NCBI RefSeq assembly: GCF_009914755.1
Contig: NC_060943.1
Strand: one strand, 5' to 3'
DNA from: the human T2T-CHM13v2.0 reference genome, Homo sapiens
DNA: 64,000 bases
The translations under genes and the position numbers were made by a program. The notes beneath the pieces are model-generated. The model worked only from the letters and a program-made list of their open reading frames with translations, ran no database searches and was not told where the DNA came from. Below, in pieces: positions 1-26,799 of this stretch (positions within the stretch are counted from its first letter, which is position 1; every line of letters begins with the position of its first letter).

Positions 1-1011
1 AGGCTGGTCTCGAACTCCCGACCTCAGGTGATCCACCCGCCTTGGCCTCCCAAAGTTCTGGGATTACAGGTGTGAGCCACCGCGCCCGGCCAGTTGTTGG
101 AATTTTCCGAGGGATTGCGTTGAATCTGTAGATTGCTTCGGGTAGTATTGATATTTCATCTAGGTGTTCTTTTTAATGCTTTTCCAGCAGTATTTGGTAG
201 TTTTCAGGCTACAAATTGTTCACCCTTTTGGTTAACTTTATTCCTAGGTGCTTAACCTTTAGATACTGTTGTAAGTGGAATTGCTTTCTTAATTTCCTTT
301 TTGGATTGTTCATTGCGGGTGTGTAGAAACACAACTGATTTTTGTGTGATCTTGTACCCTGCAACTTTGCTGAATCTGCAGCCCTAGAAGCTTTCTTGTG
401 ATTCTCTGGCATTTCCTATATATAGGATCATGTCATCTGTGAATAGAGATATTTTTACTTCTTCCTTTCCAATTTGGATGCCTTTTATTTTTTTTCTTGT
501 TTAATTGTTCTAGCCAGAACTTCCAGCACAATGTGGAATAGCAGTGGTAAAAGTGGACATCCTTGTCTTGTCCCTGATCTTAGGCAGAAAGCTTTCACTC
601 TTTCACCATTGGGTATGACGGTAGCTGTGGGTTTTTCAGAAGTACCTTTTCTCATGTTGAGAAAGTTTATTTCTATTCCTAGTTTACGATTTTTAAAAAT
701 TATGATGCATGGTGGCTTGTGCCTGCAATCACAATACTTTAGGGAGCCAAAGTGGGAGGATCACTTGAGGCCAGGAGTTCAAGACCGACCTGGGCAACAT
801 AGTGAGACCTTATCTCAATAAAAAAATAAAAAATTTGCCAGGCGTGGTGGTGCATGCCTGTAGTCCCAGCTACTCAAGAGGCTGAGGTGGGAGGAAGGCT
901 TGAGCCCAGGAGGTCAAGGCTGTGGCTTCAGTGAGCCATGATTTCACCACCATCATGATTGTGCCACCAACAGAGTGAAACCTTGTCTCAAAAAAAAAAA
1001 AAAAAAAAAAA

Positions 1012-2351
<1,340 letters not shown>

Positions 2352-3068
2352 TCAAATGCCTTTTCTGTGTTGGTTGAGAAGATCATATGGCTTCCCCCAC
2401 ACCTTGTTCTATTAATTTGGTGTTTGCATTAATTTTTGTATGTTTAACTACCCTTACTTTCCTAGGATAAATCCCATTTCGTTATGGTATAAAATCCACT
2501 TAATGTGCTGCTGAATTAGATTTGCTTGTATTTTTTCAGGATGTTTACATGTATATTCATAAGGGCTACTGCTCTGTAATTTTCTTGTGATATCTTTATC
2601 TGGCTTTGGTATTACGGTAATGCTGGCCTCATAGAATGAGTTAGGAAATGTTCTCTCCTTTTCAATCTTTTGGACGAATTTGAGAAACATCCTTGTTATT
2701 ATAATTCTTCTTTAAATATTTGATAGAATTCACCAGCACAGCCATCTGGTTTTGGGCTTTTCTTTATTGAAACGTTTTTGATTCAATCTCTTATGATAAT
2801 TCTACTGAGATTTTCTGTTTTTTCTTGAGTCAGCTTAGCTAATTTGTGTGTTCCTAGGAATTTGTCCATTTCATTTATCTAGTTTGTTGACATATAATTG
2901 TTGATAGTATTCTCATACAATCCTTTTTATTTCGGTAAGGTCAGTAGTAATGTCTCCATTTTCATTTCTGATGTTAGTTATTTGTGTCCAGGCTAACTTT
3001 GGAGCCCAACTTTAACCTGACTTCAACCTCCACCTTATACCGTGATACCATCCCAACTTGACCTCTGA

Positions 3069-3402
<334 letters not shown>

Positions 3403-3547
3403 TCTAACCTGACTTCTAATCGCATCCTGTAACCTCTGACTTTAGTGATCTTGACTTCTGTCTGCTGCTATAGACTGAACAATTATTGCCTGGCATCTAA
3501 CCTTCGTCCTTGCCCCTGGCTGGGCCCTGACCTCAAGTGACCTTTGA

Positions 3548-4198
<651 letters not shown>

Positions 4199-4250
4199 TG
4201 AGAGCGGGGCCTGGTCGGGGATGGGGCTTCTGGCCTGGGGCGGATCCTGA

Positions 4251-5192
<942 letters not shown>

Positions 5193-5931
5193 CGTGTCCG
5201 GAGGCTTGATTCCTGGGGGAGCTGGTGGGTGTCTAGATCCAGGATGGGAGCTGGAGCTGGGGTGTTGGGTTTGGGGTTCTTGGTGGATTTGCTGCTGTAA
5301 TTCAGATATTTTGGAGTCCGTTTCCTCCCTTGAGCCCCATTGTTCTTGCCGGAGACCCAGCACTTCTGTCTGCACTGTTCTGACGGCTCTCGCTTCAGTA
5401 GGACAAGACCCCATCTGTACCCCCTCCCACCCAGTTTCAACTTTCCAGTGGAAAAATAACTCAGTGATAATAAGCAAATTATTTCCTGGAATGGAGGTGG
5501 GTGGGTGTTGTGTACATCTGCTTTGGCAATAGGGAAACGGATGATGCAAATTTGAGTAGATAAATGCATACGTGTCTTTAAAAAGTCTAATTAGTGGGAA
5601 ATTGCAGGCCAGGCGCACACAGGGTTGAGGCAAATATGTGTGATTATACATGCAGCTTAACTAAATAACCCATAACAAGCTAAACTGGTAATGACAAGGT
5701 TGAACTGACAGCAATCATTAGTTAAATAGCAAGAAAGCCACCAACAACCAACACATCCAAAAATCAAAACCAAACATCCTTCCTCCAAATTGGAGGAGAT
5801 CCAAGTATCTGTCACCGTGGGTGCAGAGTAGCGTTGAAACATTGCCAAGTGTTGTGTGGCAACTGCAACTTCTCTGGAAGATGCTGAGTTAGTTCTCACC
5901 AACCCAAGTAGTAATAATCACTGTAATGTAA

Positions 5932-6189
<258 letters not shown>

Positions 6190-6659
6190 TAGGATTACAG
6201 GTGCCCGCCACCATGCCCGGCTAATTTTTGTATTTTTGGTAGAGACGGGGTTTCACCATGTTGGCCAGGCTGGTCCCAAACTCCTCATCTCAGGTGATCT
6301 GCCTGCCTCGGCCTTCCAAAGTGCTGGAATTACAGGTGTGAGCCACCACACCCGGCCACTTTTTCTTCTTTTCTTTCAATAAGGTCTCACTCTGTCACCC
6401 AGGCAGAAATGCAGTGACTCAATCACAGCTCACTGCAACCTCCACCTCCTGGGCTCAAGCAATTCTCCCACTCAGCCTCCTGAGTAGCTGGTTCTACAGG
6501 CTCACACCACCATGCCCGGCTAATTTTTTGGATTTTTGGTAGAGATGGGGTCTCACCATATTGCCCTGGCTGGTCTCAAACTCCTGGGGTCAAGTGATCC
6601 ACTCACCTCGGCCTCTCAGAGTGCTGGGATTACAGGCGTGAGCCACCGTACCCGGCCTC

Positions 6660-7206
<547 letters not shown>

Positions 7207-7254
7207 TTATATTTGGAAATGTCAACTGCCGTGAAGTCACAGGAACTCACTCAG

Positions 7255-8450
<1,196 letters not shown>

Positions 8451-8499
8451 TATATAACAGGAAAACTCCAGGTCGTGTGTGTAGAAATCTGACGTGAGT

Positions 8500-10800
<2,301 letters not shown>

Positions 10801-11247
10801 TCCCAGAAATCTGAGCCCCAGCTCAGCAATGCCCACTTCTGAGCTGGGCAGCAACCCTGAGCAACCAATCTCAAGAGCCCTGAGGTTCATCTGATCCTCT
10901 CTTTGGTAACATAGCAGGATTGGCTCAGCAAGCCTGCGCTGACGCCACAGATACAGAAGAACAGGCTGATACCAGCTGCTGAGCCCCAGAGGCTGCCCTT
11001 TTCTAGCCAGAACATTTTTTCTGACCAGGAAGCTGTCATCGCCACATAGCTGTTTCTCCTCTTCCCCAATTCTATAAATACAAAAACACAGTCCTTCTTT
11101 ACTGGGATGCTGCTGGCCACGGTGCAGGCAGACCGTTCATGTTTAGCCGGAGTCACGGGCTGGAGGGATGCTCCCTCCTCTACCTGTGCGTCTTCCCTCA
11201 GTGAATCTATTCCTGTCTCTATCACACAGGCCTAGTGGTGTGTGTGA

Positions 11248-11965
<718 letters not shown>

Positions 11966-12661
11966 TGAGCCACCACACCCAGCCTGGTGCTGTGTTTGCA
12001 AGCAACATGGAGTTTGGCCCACTATGGAGGTGGAAGACATTCCCTCCTAATGGTGGTGGCAGGTCACATGTAAGGCCAGTGAGTAAACTGGATGTCCATG
12101 AAGCCAGGGTGGGCAGCAGAGCTGTGGTCAGCTAGTGCAGTGTACTCTGGAGAGGCTGCTGACGGGGTGGGGATGGCTGTGGTGTCCCCTCACCCGGGAC
12201 CTGGTGAGGCCCCCTAAGATGCTGTCTGTTCCAGGTCTCAGGTGCAGGGAAAGACAGATGACTGTAAACAGAATGTGTAAGACACCAGAGGCCCCCAGAC
12301 AAGCAAGTCATTTGAAAAACATGGTTCATTGTATACAAAAAGAAATCTCTAGGTAGCGGGGCTGCAGGTTTTCAGAGGAAAGGAGGCAGGAGGCTGGGAT
12401 GAGGGCTAAAGAGTGCAGATGCAAATTACAAAATTAACCGAGTGTGGTGGTGGGCGCCTGTGGTCCCAGCTACTCAGGAGGCTGAGGTGGGAAGATCACT
12501 TGAGCCTGGGAGGTCGAGGCTATGGTGAGCCGTCATCACGCCACTGTACTCCAGCCTGGGTGACAGAGGGAGACCCTGTTTCAGAAAAGAAAAAGACGGA
12601 GGCCAAGGAACTGGTAATATCAAAAGGACGACGAGTGTAACTAGAGGGAACGGAGCTGTAA

Positions 12662-12964
<303 letters not shown>

Positions 12965-13293
12965 TAGCCAGGATGGTCTCGATCTTCTGACCTCATGATC
13001 CACCTGCCTTGGCCTCACAAAGTGCTGGGATTACAGGTGTGAGCCACTGCACCCGGCCGGATTTGCCTTTTTAGAACAAAGACGTAGGCAAGCCAAGGGG
13101 CTGATACACACAACCAGATTAAGTTTGGAAAAACTGTGGGCATTGGACACACGCTTTTGCTTCTCTTGAATATCTAGGATTGGGATGGCTGGATGGTATA
13201 GGAAGTGTATGTATGACTTTATAAGAAATTGCCAAAATCTTTTCCTAAGTAGTTGCACCGTTTGAATTTTGAATTTCCACCAGCAATGCATGA

Positions 13294-13470
<177 letters not shown>

Positions 13471-13835
13471 TGAGTAGCCAATATTACAGGTGTACACCAC
13501 CACACCCAGCTAATTTGTTGTATTTTTAGTAGAGATGGGGTTTCACCATGTTGGTCAAGCTGGTCTCGAACTCCTGACCCCAAATGATCAACCCACCTCG
13601 GCCTCCCAAAGTGCTAGGATTACAGGCGTGAGCCACCATGACCAGCAAGTTGTGTTTGTTTGTTTGTTTGTTTGTTTGTTTTTAGCACAAAGTATTGGCT
13701 GGGCACGGTGGCTTACACCTGTAATCCCAGCACTTTGGGAGGCTGAGGTGGGAGGATCACTTGAGGCCAGGAGTTCGAGACCAGGCTTGGGCAACATAGT
13801 GGGACTTTATGCCTACAAAAAATTTTTTAAAATTA

Positions 13836-14090
<255 letters not shown>

Positions 14091-14945
14091 TCATATATAT
14101 GCTAATTCTGTGCTTAACTTTTTGAGGAACTGCCAAACTGTTTTACACAGTGGCTGGACCATTGTACATTCTCACCAGCAATGTACGGGGGTTCCAATTT
14201 CTTCACATCCATGCCAAACACTTGTTATTCGCAGTTTGTTTTCTTTTCTTTTTATTTTTCTTTTGAGATGGAGTTTAGCTCTTGTTGTCCGGGCTGGAGT
14301 GCAGTGGCACAATCTTGGCTCACCGCAACCTCTGCCTCCCGGGTTCAAGCGATTCTCCTGCCTCAGGATCCTGAGTAGCTGGAATTATAGGTGCCTGCCA
14401 CCATGCCCGGCTAATTTTTGTATTTTTAGTAGAGATGGGGTTTCACCATGTTGGCCATGGTGGTCTCCAACTCCTGACCTCAGGTGATCCACCTGCCTTG
14501 ACCTCCCAAAGTGCTGGGATTACAGGCGTGAACCACTGCGCCCGGCCCAGTTTATTTTCTTGATCGTAGCCATCCTAGTGGCTGTGGAGTGGTGTCCCAT
14601 TGTGGTTTTGGTTTGCATTTCCCTAAGGACTAGTGATGCTGTGTTTTGACCATTCTCACATTCTTTTTTTTTTTTTTGAGACAGGGCTGGAATGCAGTGG
14701 CATGATCATAGCTCACTGCATCCTTGAACTCCTGGGCTCAGGAGATTCTCCCACCTCAGTCTCCTGAGTAGCTGGGACTACAGTTGTATGCCACCGTGCC
14801 CACGTAATTTATAAAAAAATTTTAGTAGAGACGGGATCTTACTATGTTGCCCAGGCTGGTCTCAAACTCCTGAGCACAAGTGATCCTCCTGCCTCAGCCT
14901 CCTGAGTAGCTGGGATTACAGATGCACACCACTATACCCAGCTAA

Positions 14946-15164
<219 letters not shown>

Positions 15165-15899
15165 TAACTAAGGGCAGGTGGGTGTTGAATGAGGACAATG
15201 CCCACCTGCCCTTAGTTAGCTGTGACTGCAAGAACAAAGACCCTGTTATCCCAATCATCATCATGAGGACTAGCTGGGCCGCAGCTTAAAGGGACATTTC
15301 ATAGCTTAAAAAAGACAAACTGTTGGTCCTGCCACCTCCAACTACAAAGGTGTTGCAACTGATAAGCCTTTTGGGATCTTGAGGACGCCACATCTCACGT
15401 GTGGAAATTTCACTAACGTGGCTGCAGCAAGTGACCAGACAGATGGCCGCATTTGAGTGGGAGCCTCTTTAGCAAGAGCTTTTTAAAATCAAGCTCCACC
15501 CAGGAGCTCTTTATCTTCTTCAGAACCCACGGGATTACAGACATCTGCACCAGCCCCCGTGGGACCTTGGAGTCCAGGAGAATGAATACCAAGGCATTGA
15601 TGCTCATGCTCCCTGCTGGCTGGTGAGTAATAAAGTCCCTTGTCTCTGGCCCAGGAGTCTTGTGTCTTCTGGCAACATTTGTGAAACAGTAATGGGCTAG
15701 CTTGTTTTATTTTTATTTTTATTTTTTATTTTATTGATTGATTCATTGAATTAGGGACAGGGTCTCACTCTGTCACCCAGGCTGGAGTGCAATGGTGCAC
15801 TCCAACCTGGGCTCAAGTGATCCTCCCACCTCAGCCTCCCGAGTAGCTGGGACTACAGGTGCATGCCACTATGCCCAACTAATTTTTTACATTTTGTAG

Positions 15900-16028
<129 letters not shown>

Positions 16029-16144
16029 TAGGACAAAATGAAAGTCCGGACCTGGTAGTGTGGAAAAGGATGGGATGTTGACAGAGGCGTGGCTTTCTGG
16101 AATTGGAAGGACAGGGCCTCCATGGGCCTGGTTCAAAAATATGA

Positions 16145-16665
<521 letters not shown>

Positions 16666-17698
16666 TGAAAATGAGACAACAAGCCCCAGGGACCCAACCA
16701 AGAGGCAGCATGGCTGTGGCCGCTGGGTCAAAGGGTCTCTGAAACCGAAGTGGTATCAGCAACAAGGACCTTGTTATTTGTTTCTTTGTTTTGAGACAGG
16801 GTCTTGCTCTGTCACCCAGGCTGAAGTACAGTGGCGCAAACATGGCTCACTGTAGCCTCAAACTCCCAGGGCCAAGGGGTCCTCCCCACTCAGCCTCCCG
16901 AGTAGCTGGGACCACACGTATGCACCACTACACCCAGCTAATTTAAAATTTTTTTGTAGAGATGAGGTCTCGCTATGTTTCCCAGGCTGGTCGTGAGCTC
17001 CTGAGCACAAGTGATGCAATCACCTCGGCCTCCGAAAGCCCTGAGATTACAGGCATGAGCCGCTATGCCCTGCCTTGCTATTTGATATTGAGCCTTCAGT
17101 GGGCTGAAAACATTAGTGAAGATCCCACCCTGCGAGTGTTTCTGGCCCCACCACGGTCCAATTTGGATCCAGTCCACAGCTGGGTGCAGGGCTGGTCAAA
17201 GATGCTGAGGACTGGGAGGGCTGAGCCTGGCCATCTGTGGAAGAGCAGAAAGAGAGGGGCCTCTGTGCCTAAGAACTTGCTGGGTCCTGGGAGGTACCTG
17301 GGTTGCAGCTCTGGCACTGATCCTGGAGGGAGGAGCCAAGTGAGCCGATAGAGAGGTCAATAATGAAGTTTTTTTGTTGTTTGTTTTTTGAGATGGAGTC
17401 TTGCTCTGTCGCCCAAGCTGGAGTGCAGTGGCATGATCTTGGCTCACGGCAAGCTCTGCTTCCTGGGTTCATGCCATTCTCCTGCCTCAGCCTCCCCAGT
17501 AACTGGGACTACAGGTGCCCGCCACCATGCCTGGCTAATTTTTTGTATTTTTTATAGAGACGAGGTTTCACCGTGTTAGCCAGGATGGTCTCGATCTCCT
17601 GATCTCATGATCCACCCGCCTCTGCCTCCCAAAGTGCTGGGATTACAAGTGTGAGCCACCATGCCCGGCCCTTTTTTTTTTTTTTTTTTTTTTTTTGA

Positions 17699-17803
<105 letters not shown>

Positions 17804-18571
17804 TGAGTAGCTGGGACTACAGGTGTGCACCACCACACCTGGCTAATTTTGTATTTTTGGTAGAGACGGAGTTTCTCCATGTTGGTCAGTCAGGTCTTGA
17901 ACTCCTGACCTCAAGTGATCCGCCCGCCTCGGCCTCCCAAAGTGCTGGAACTACAGGTGTGAGCCACCGCGCCCGACCAACAATGAGTTTTTTTCCCCTG
18001 CCTTTGCTGTCCCCCTGGGATGCCCCCCAGCCCCAAGTTGCTCCAGGGCTGAGGCTGTAGTCCCTGACCCACAGACTTCTTGGTCCAAGTACCTGAATTC
18101 AACCAGTCAGGCTCCCAGTGGGAAGGGAAGCTGAAGAGATCTCGTTGGGTGTGGCACCTAGAGCCAATTCAATGTCCCGCTGTGTGGTTTCCACGACTGA
18201 GCGGGTGTAATTGGTACTGATGCTTTACATGCTCGAAAAAACTACACATGCCTTGTTATCAGAGGATTCTACCAGTCGGAGGCTGTGGCATATGCCGCCC
18301 TCTTCACCTCTACCAGAAACAATGTGGGATCCCAGTAGAAAAGGAAACACAACTGTAATGACTAAATGGCTGCTGGAGTGCTCCGGGAAGCCGTTTCCCA
18401 GTGCCACAGTGCCACCTGCCTGACACGGCCACCAAGTACACTCCTTTTAAAAAGAAAGGGCAGCTGGGCTGGGTGCGGTGGCTCACACCAAGAGGTGGGT
18501 GGATTGCTTGAGTCCAGGAGTTCAAGACCAGCCTGGGCGACATAGTGAAAACCCATCTCTGTTTTTTTTAA

Positions 18572-18886
<315 letters not shown>

Positions 18887-19571
18887 TAATAAATAATAAA
18901 AAAAGAAAAGAAGGCCGCTATGAATCACTATTAAGCTCTCCTTGAAAGCAAACGCCTGGCTTGTGGTGGCCTTTGACTCCCCAGCCTCACACCCTTGTTC
19001 TCGGGTAGGTTAACTGCAGCTTCACTAGCAATACCGGAAATGGCCAAAGGTAAAGGGTACGTCTAAGAGCACAGCTGGTCTGGTCCTCAGGTCTTCTGAG
19101 TTTTACATACAAAAGTCACAGCTACCCCTGTTTCTTCTGTTTTCTGTTTCGAGACGGTCTTGCTGTGTTGCCCAGGCTGGAGTGCAGTGGCATGATCGTG
19201 GCTCACTGCAGCCTGGAACTCCTGGGCTCAAGCGATCCTCCCACCTCAACCTCCTGAGTAGCTGGGACTATAGGCATGCGCCAGCATACCCGGTTAATTT
19301 TTTAATTTTTTTTTTTTCCAGAGACAGAGTCTCGCTGTGTTGCCCATGCTGGTCTTGAACTCCTGGGCTCAAGCAATCCTCCTGCCACGGCCTCCCAAAG
19401 TGCTGGAATTACAAGTGTGAGCCGCCGCACCCCGCAGCAGCTACCCCATTTGGAGAAAACTCTCCTCCACTCCCCTGCCTGAGGCAATTCCTCTGGCTCA
19501 ATGGGGCCCTCAATTCAAACGGGTTCCCTTAAACGGCTGGGCGCATTCCACTATGTTAAACCTAAAGATGT

Positions 19572-19585
19572 CCACTAGGGGGCAG
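19572..19585 (+). promoter_or_regulatory. CTCF core motif CCACTAGGGGGCAG
   Basis: Exact match to the CTCF core consensus CCASYAGRKGGCRS. Confidence 0.75.
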
Positions 19586-19772
19586 CAACCACCTAACCCC
19601 AACACCAACTCCGGAAGACATTGATTGCAGTTTGGTTGATATTTAAGGTATTCAATGGGACTTTGTAACTTCCTCACTATCTGCGGGTGTCTGGTATTAT
19701 TGATTGTTGGATCATCTTCCTCAAGAATCAGCTCAAAAAGGTTTCTGGTTTCCCCTTCCTACCTCTTCCTGA

Positions 19773-19937
<165 letters not shown>

Positions 19938-20589
19938 TGATTTTTGTATTTTTAGTAGAGATAGGTTTCACCATGTTGGCCAGCTGGTCTCGAACCCCTG
20001 ACCTCAAGTGATCCACCCGTCTTGGCCTCCCAAAGTGGGGGGATCACAGGCGTGAGCCACCACACCCGGCCGCACACACTTTACTCAGGCCGTTTGGTCA
20101 CTGAATGTGGCAGTCCCAGAAGAGGCTTCATCTCTTCTTGGCTGCATCTTGGATAGTCCCTGAGACAGAAGTGTTGGAGGAGTTACAGAGACCCGAGGTC
20201 AGGAGATCGAGACCATCCTGGCTAACATGGTGAAACCCCGTCTCTACTAAAAATACAAAAAATTAGCCGGGCTTGGTGGCGGGCGCCTGTAGTCCCAGCT
20301 ACTCAGGAGGCTGAGGCAGGAGAATGGCATGAACCCGGGAGGCGGAGCTTGCAGTGAGCCGAGATCACACCACTGCACTCCAGCCTGGGTGACAGAGCAA
20401 GACTCCGTCTCAAAAAAAAAGTACAATTTTGCCCGCTGACCATTGTTGGGAATGATGCATCTTTCTTTCCGCTGGACAGCCTGGTGGTCATGCCCTCCAG
20501 ATGGCAGTTGAGTCCTGAGGGGGCCAAGTAGGGGATTCAAACTAATGCTGGTTTAGGCACCAGAATCCCCTTGTTGGACCGACATGGTG

Positions 20590-21425
<836 letters not shown>

Positions 21426-21800
21426 GTTAGTTGAAACAACCTGCTGATATTACTTATGTGGCTTAACTGAGACAATGTAACGGTAATTCCAGCCAAGCTT
21501 AACAACAAAATCCAATGACTGTCTCTTCTCAGGTTGGGGAGGTAAGCTGTGGCATGCCCATTGTGGATGGGGGTTGCTTTTAGGCTCATCTGTTGTCACC
21601 CTGTAATTGTTTGTAAAGACATCAAAGATCAGATCAGTTTTTTTATTTTTAAATTTCTTTTTTTGGTATTTTAGCAGATCAGCCTAAAGTTCTCTGCTCT
21701 GCTTATAATGGACAATAGAGTCGCCTTAGACTATATCCTGGTTGTCCAAAATAAGATGTACTGGTCCTCTGGGACCAGTTTTTACTTTTTTTTTTTCTGA

Positions 21801-22012
<212 letters not shown>

Positions 22013-22442
22013 TGAGGTGATTCCCCCTCCTCGGCCTCCCAAAGTACTGGGATTACAGACGTGAGCCACCACACCTGGACTTTTATTTTTTTTTTATTTT
22101 AATTTTATTGTATTAGAGACAGGGTCTTGCTCTGTCACCTAGGCTGGAGTACAGTGGCGTGATCTTGGCTCACTGCAACCTCAACCTTCTGGGTTCAGGG
22201 GATCCTCCCGCCTCAGCCTCCCAAGTAGCTAGGATTACAGGTGTGCCACCACTTCTGGCTAATATTGTTTTTGTATTTTTTGTAGAGATGGGCCTTCACT
22301 ACGTTGCCCAGGCTGATCTTGAACTCCTAAGATTAAATGATCTGCCGGTCTCAGCCTCCCAAACTGCAGGGATTACAGGCATGAGCCACCTTGAGACTTA
22401 TTCACAGTTGGCTGAGTCTAGGACCCTGGGGGACATAGTTGA

Positions 22443-22748
<306 letters not shown>

Positions 22749-23328
22749 TAGTTTCAAACTCCTGACCTCAAGTGATTTCAGCCTCCCAAAGTGCTGGGAT
22801 TACAGGTGTGAGCCACCATGCCTGGCCTGAAGTGATTTTATTCCAGCCTGTTAGTTAGATGAATCAGAGTGGCTGATGGGTGTCAGAGTCATTTGAAAAC
22901 TTGCCAGAAGCTAAGATGATGCGGGTCTGGGGGTGGGTATTGCTGTGTTGGGAGACTGTCCTCCACAGTTGTCTTGTGTTTCCTGCATGTTGTGTGGGGT
23001 GTGCATGGCTGCAAGGCCCTGGTCACTGTTTCTTCAGGGTTGTTTACGCAGCTGGCAAACTTGAGCAATGAGGCAACCCCTCCCCTCTCACAAAGAGAGG
23101 CTTGCTTGTTGATTGCTATAAAGAAGAGGGGGTTCCCTAAGCTCAGTGCTCCTCTCCTGTAATACAACCCTCTGTACGTGCAGGCATCCACCTGGGCCCT
23201 GGCATTGCCCTTACAGAGTTTGGAGAGAAAGGAGAACCAATGAAAACATGCTGTGTTTATGCTGCTGGCTGTACTGGGAGGAATATGGTCCTTTGTCTCT
23301 GACCCAGGAGTTTCATGTCTTCTGCCAA

Positions 23329-23453
23329 GATACATTACATGGACAGATACATTAGGTAGATAGATACATTAGATATAGATAGATACATTAGATATAGATA
23401 GATACATTAGATATAGATACATTAGATATAGATGGATACACAGATAGATACAC

Positions 23454-23493
<40 letters not shown>
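23329..23493 (+). repeat. Compound (GATA)n repeat with a gatacattagata higher-order unit
   Basis: Seen directly. Confidence 0.95.
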
Positions 23494-24266
23494 TCATTTA
23501 TTTATTGAGACAGAGTCTTGCTCTGTCACCGAAGCTGGAGGGTAGTGGCTTGTTCTTGGCTCACTGCAACCTCCACCTCCTGGGTTCAGGTGATTCTCCT
23601 GCCTCAGCCTCCACAGCAGCTGGGATTACATGCCCACCTAATTTTTGTATTTTTAGTACAGACAGGGTTTCACCATATTGCCCAGGCTGGTCTCGAACTC
23701 CTGACCTCAGGTGATCTTCCCGCCTTGGCCTCTCAAAGTGCTGGGATTACAGGCATGCACTACCGCGCCCAGCCAGATGCCGCCATTAAGTGCTTTTTTG
23801 GGAAGAGGTTGCTCACACCTCCATTTGTACAAGGGATACTTGCATTCTATTAGATGGAAGCACAATGATGTTTTCTTGTTGTATAAAAGTTTAAATAAGG
23901 GTAGATTTGTGTGAACAGATACTGAGTAGCCAAAATGTTGGCCTGTGTTGGACACTGTTGCCTCTCAGTTCCATATTCTTCTTTCTTCTCTTTTCTATCG
24001 ATGGCCAGGCTAGGAAGCCTACAAAACATATTCCCCAGGCCCCTGTGGTATTGTCAGTGAGGCATGTTGCTTTCTGCTGCTTTAAATGCTTTACTCACAG
24101 CCCTAACCTCTTTGCACTCAATTCCAGCACTTATGTCATCTCTGCGTCTACTGCTTGTCTTTTTCTCTTGGTGAGTTGCAATTTTGATTCTTTGTATGCT
24201 GAGCAATTTTGGGTTGTATTCTGGACATCTTAAATATTATGTGATAAGGTGCTGGGTCTTGTTTAA

Positions 24267-24428
<162 letters not shown>

Positions 24429-24435
24429 TGAGTAG

Positions 24436-24830
<395 letters not shown>

Positions 24831-25457
24831 TGACTGCAAGTGGTCCTCCTGCCTCGGCCTCCCAAAGTGCTGTGATTACAGGCGTGAGCCACCACACCCG
24901 GCGATACTTTTGTTTTGACAGGTCACTGACCTAGTTTGGTTCAGCTCAGGGCTTCTGAGCAGCCTGCTGTGGGTTGTGGTTTCAGGTGAGTTCTGACTTC
25001 AAAGTCGTTACAATGACTTTCTAATCTGTCTTCCCCATGGACCACCCACTGGCCAGACTGGAACCCAGATGGTGTTGAATCCCTTCATTGTGTCTTCAAC
25101 ATCTTTGGAATGTTGTTTAGGCTCAGATCCACATGCATCTTAGGGGCAAACAGAGAAATTCATGAAAGCAACTTCATTAGGTCACTTTCCCAATCTCCTC
25201 CCTCTCCGCGGTACTTTCTGGTTTCTCTCCCCTTTGTTGGTCCTCCAGCCAGAAAGCTGGGGCCTCAGCTACCCCACTTGCCTCACACTTCCTGTGATTG
25301 AACCTGCATCTACAGCGAAGTGGGCAGGAGGATGCAGGGGGAAAGAAAGCAATGGGGATGGGTGCTGTCCCCGGGGGACCACAGAGCCTTGATCAGGGAG
25401 GAGAGAACAGAGAAAGAAACAGAAAAAGGGGAAACAGGGGATTCCCCCACCCTCTGA

Positions 25458-25836
<379 letters not shown>

Positions 25837-25854
25837 TAGGACATTTTTTTTTAG

Positions 25855-26142
<288 letters not shown>

Positions 26143-26640
26143 TGAAAATTTTGTTTGCAATGAACAATTTTAAGAGATTGGGTATTGTTTTCAAAGTGGA
26201 ATAGCAGCAAATAGTCCTTTCTTTGCTCAAGAGCCCTATTTGGGTATTCAGAAGTTCTTATTAATGTTTCCCTTCCTCCTGCTTCTCTGCACAACCCTAC
26301 CTCCTCTGCTTCTTCTACACCAATGTACCTGGACTTGGATGGCTTGGGGTATTGGGCTGAGCCCATCGCTGGAAGGACCTGAGGCTAGGAATGGTGGGCT
26401 GTGGGCAGGTTAAGAGGGAAGAAGAGGCTGGAAAGTTTCTGGGCCGTCTGTGGGAGGGAAGACTCCCTGGGACTCACTCACCAGGGGGTTGCTGAACGTC
26501 ACTGAGGCTGCTTTGGTGTGGCCTTTCTGCCTTTGACAGCAGGAGGAACTGGGGTGAGAACAAAGCTATTGGCAAAGGAGAAAGGGGAGAGGTTAGGGAT
26601 CCAGGAATCAGGCCTCTGCCCCTTCTCCTTCAGCGTCTCC

Positions 26641-26799
26641 CTCTTTCTTTCTTTCTTTCTTTCCTTCTTTCTTTCTTTTCTTTCTCTTTCTTTTTTCTCT
26701 TTCTCTTTCTTTTTCTTTTTCTTTCTTTCCTTTCTTTCTTTCCTTTCCTCCTTTCTTTCCTTCCTTCCTTCTCTCTTTCTCTCTTTCTTTCTTTTTCTT
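26641..26799 (+). repeat. (CTTT)n-type pyrimidine tract (Alu tail-derived)
   Basis: Seen directly. Confidence 0.95.

Noticed and set aside
5440-5930. AT-rich segment downstream of TRPM4, possibly an old DNA transposon
   Set aside because: No terminal repeats or family motif I could recognise with confidence.
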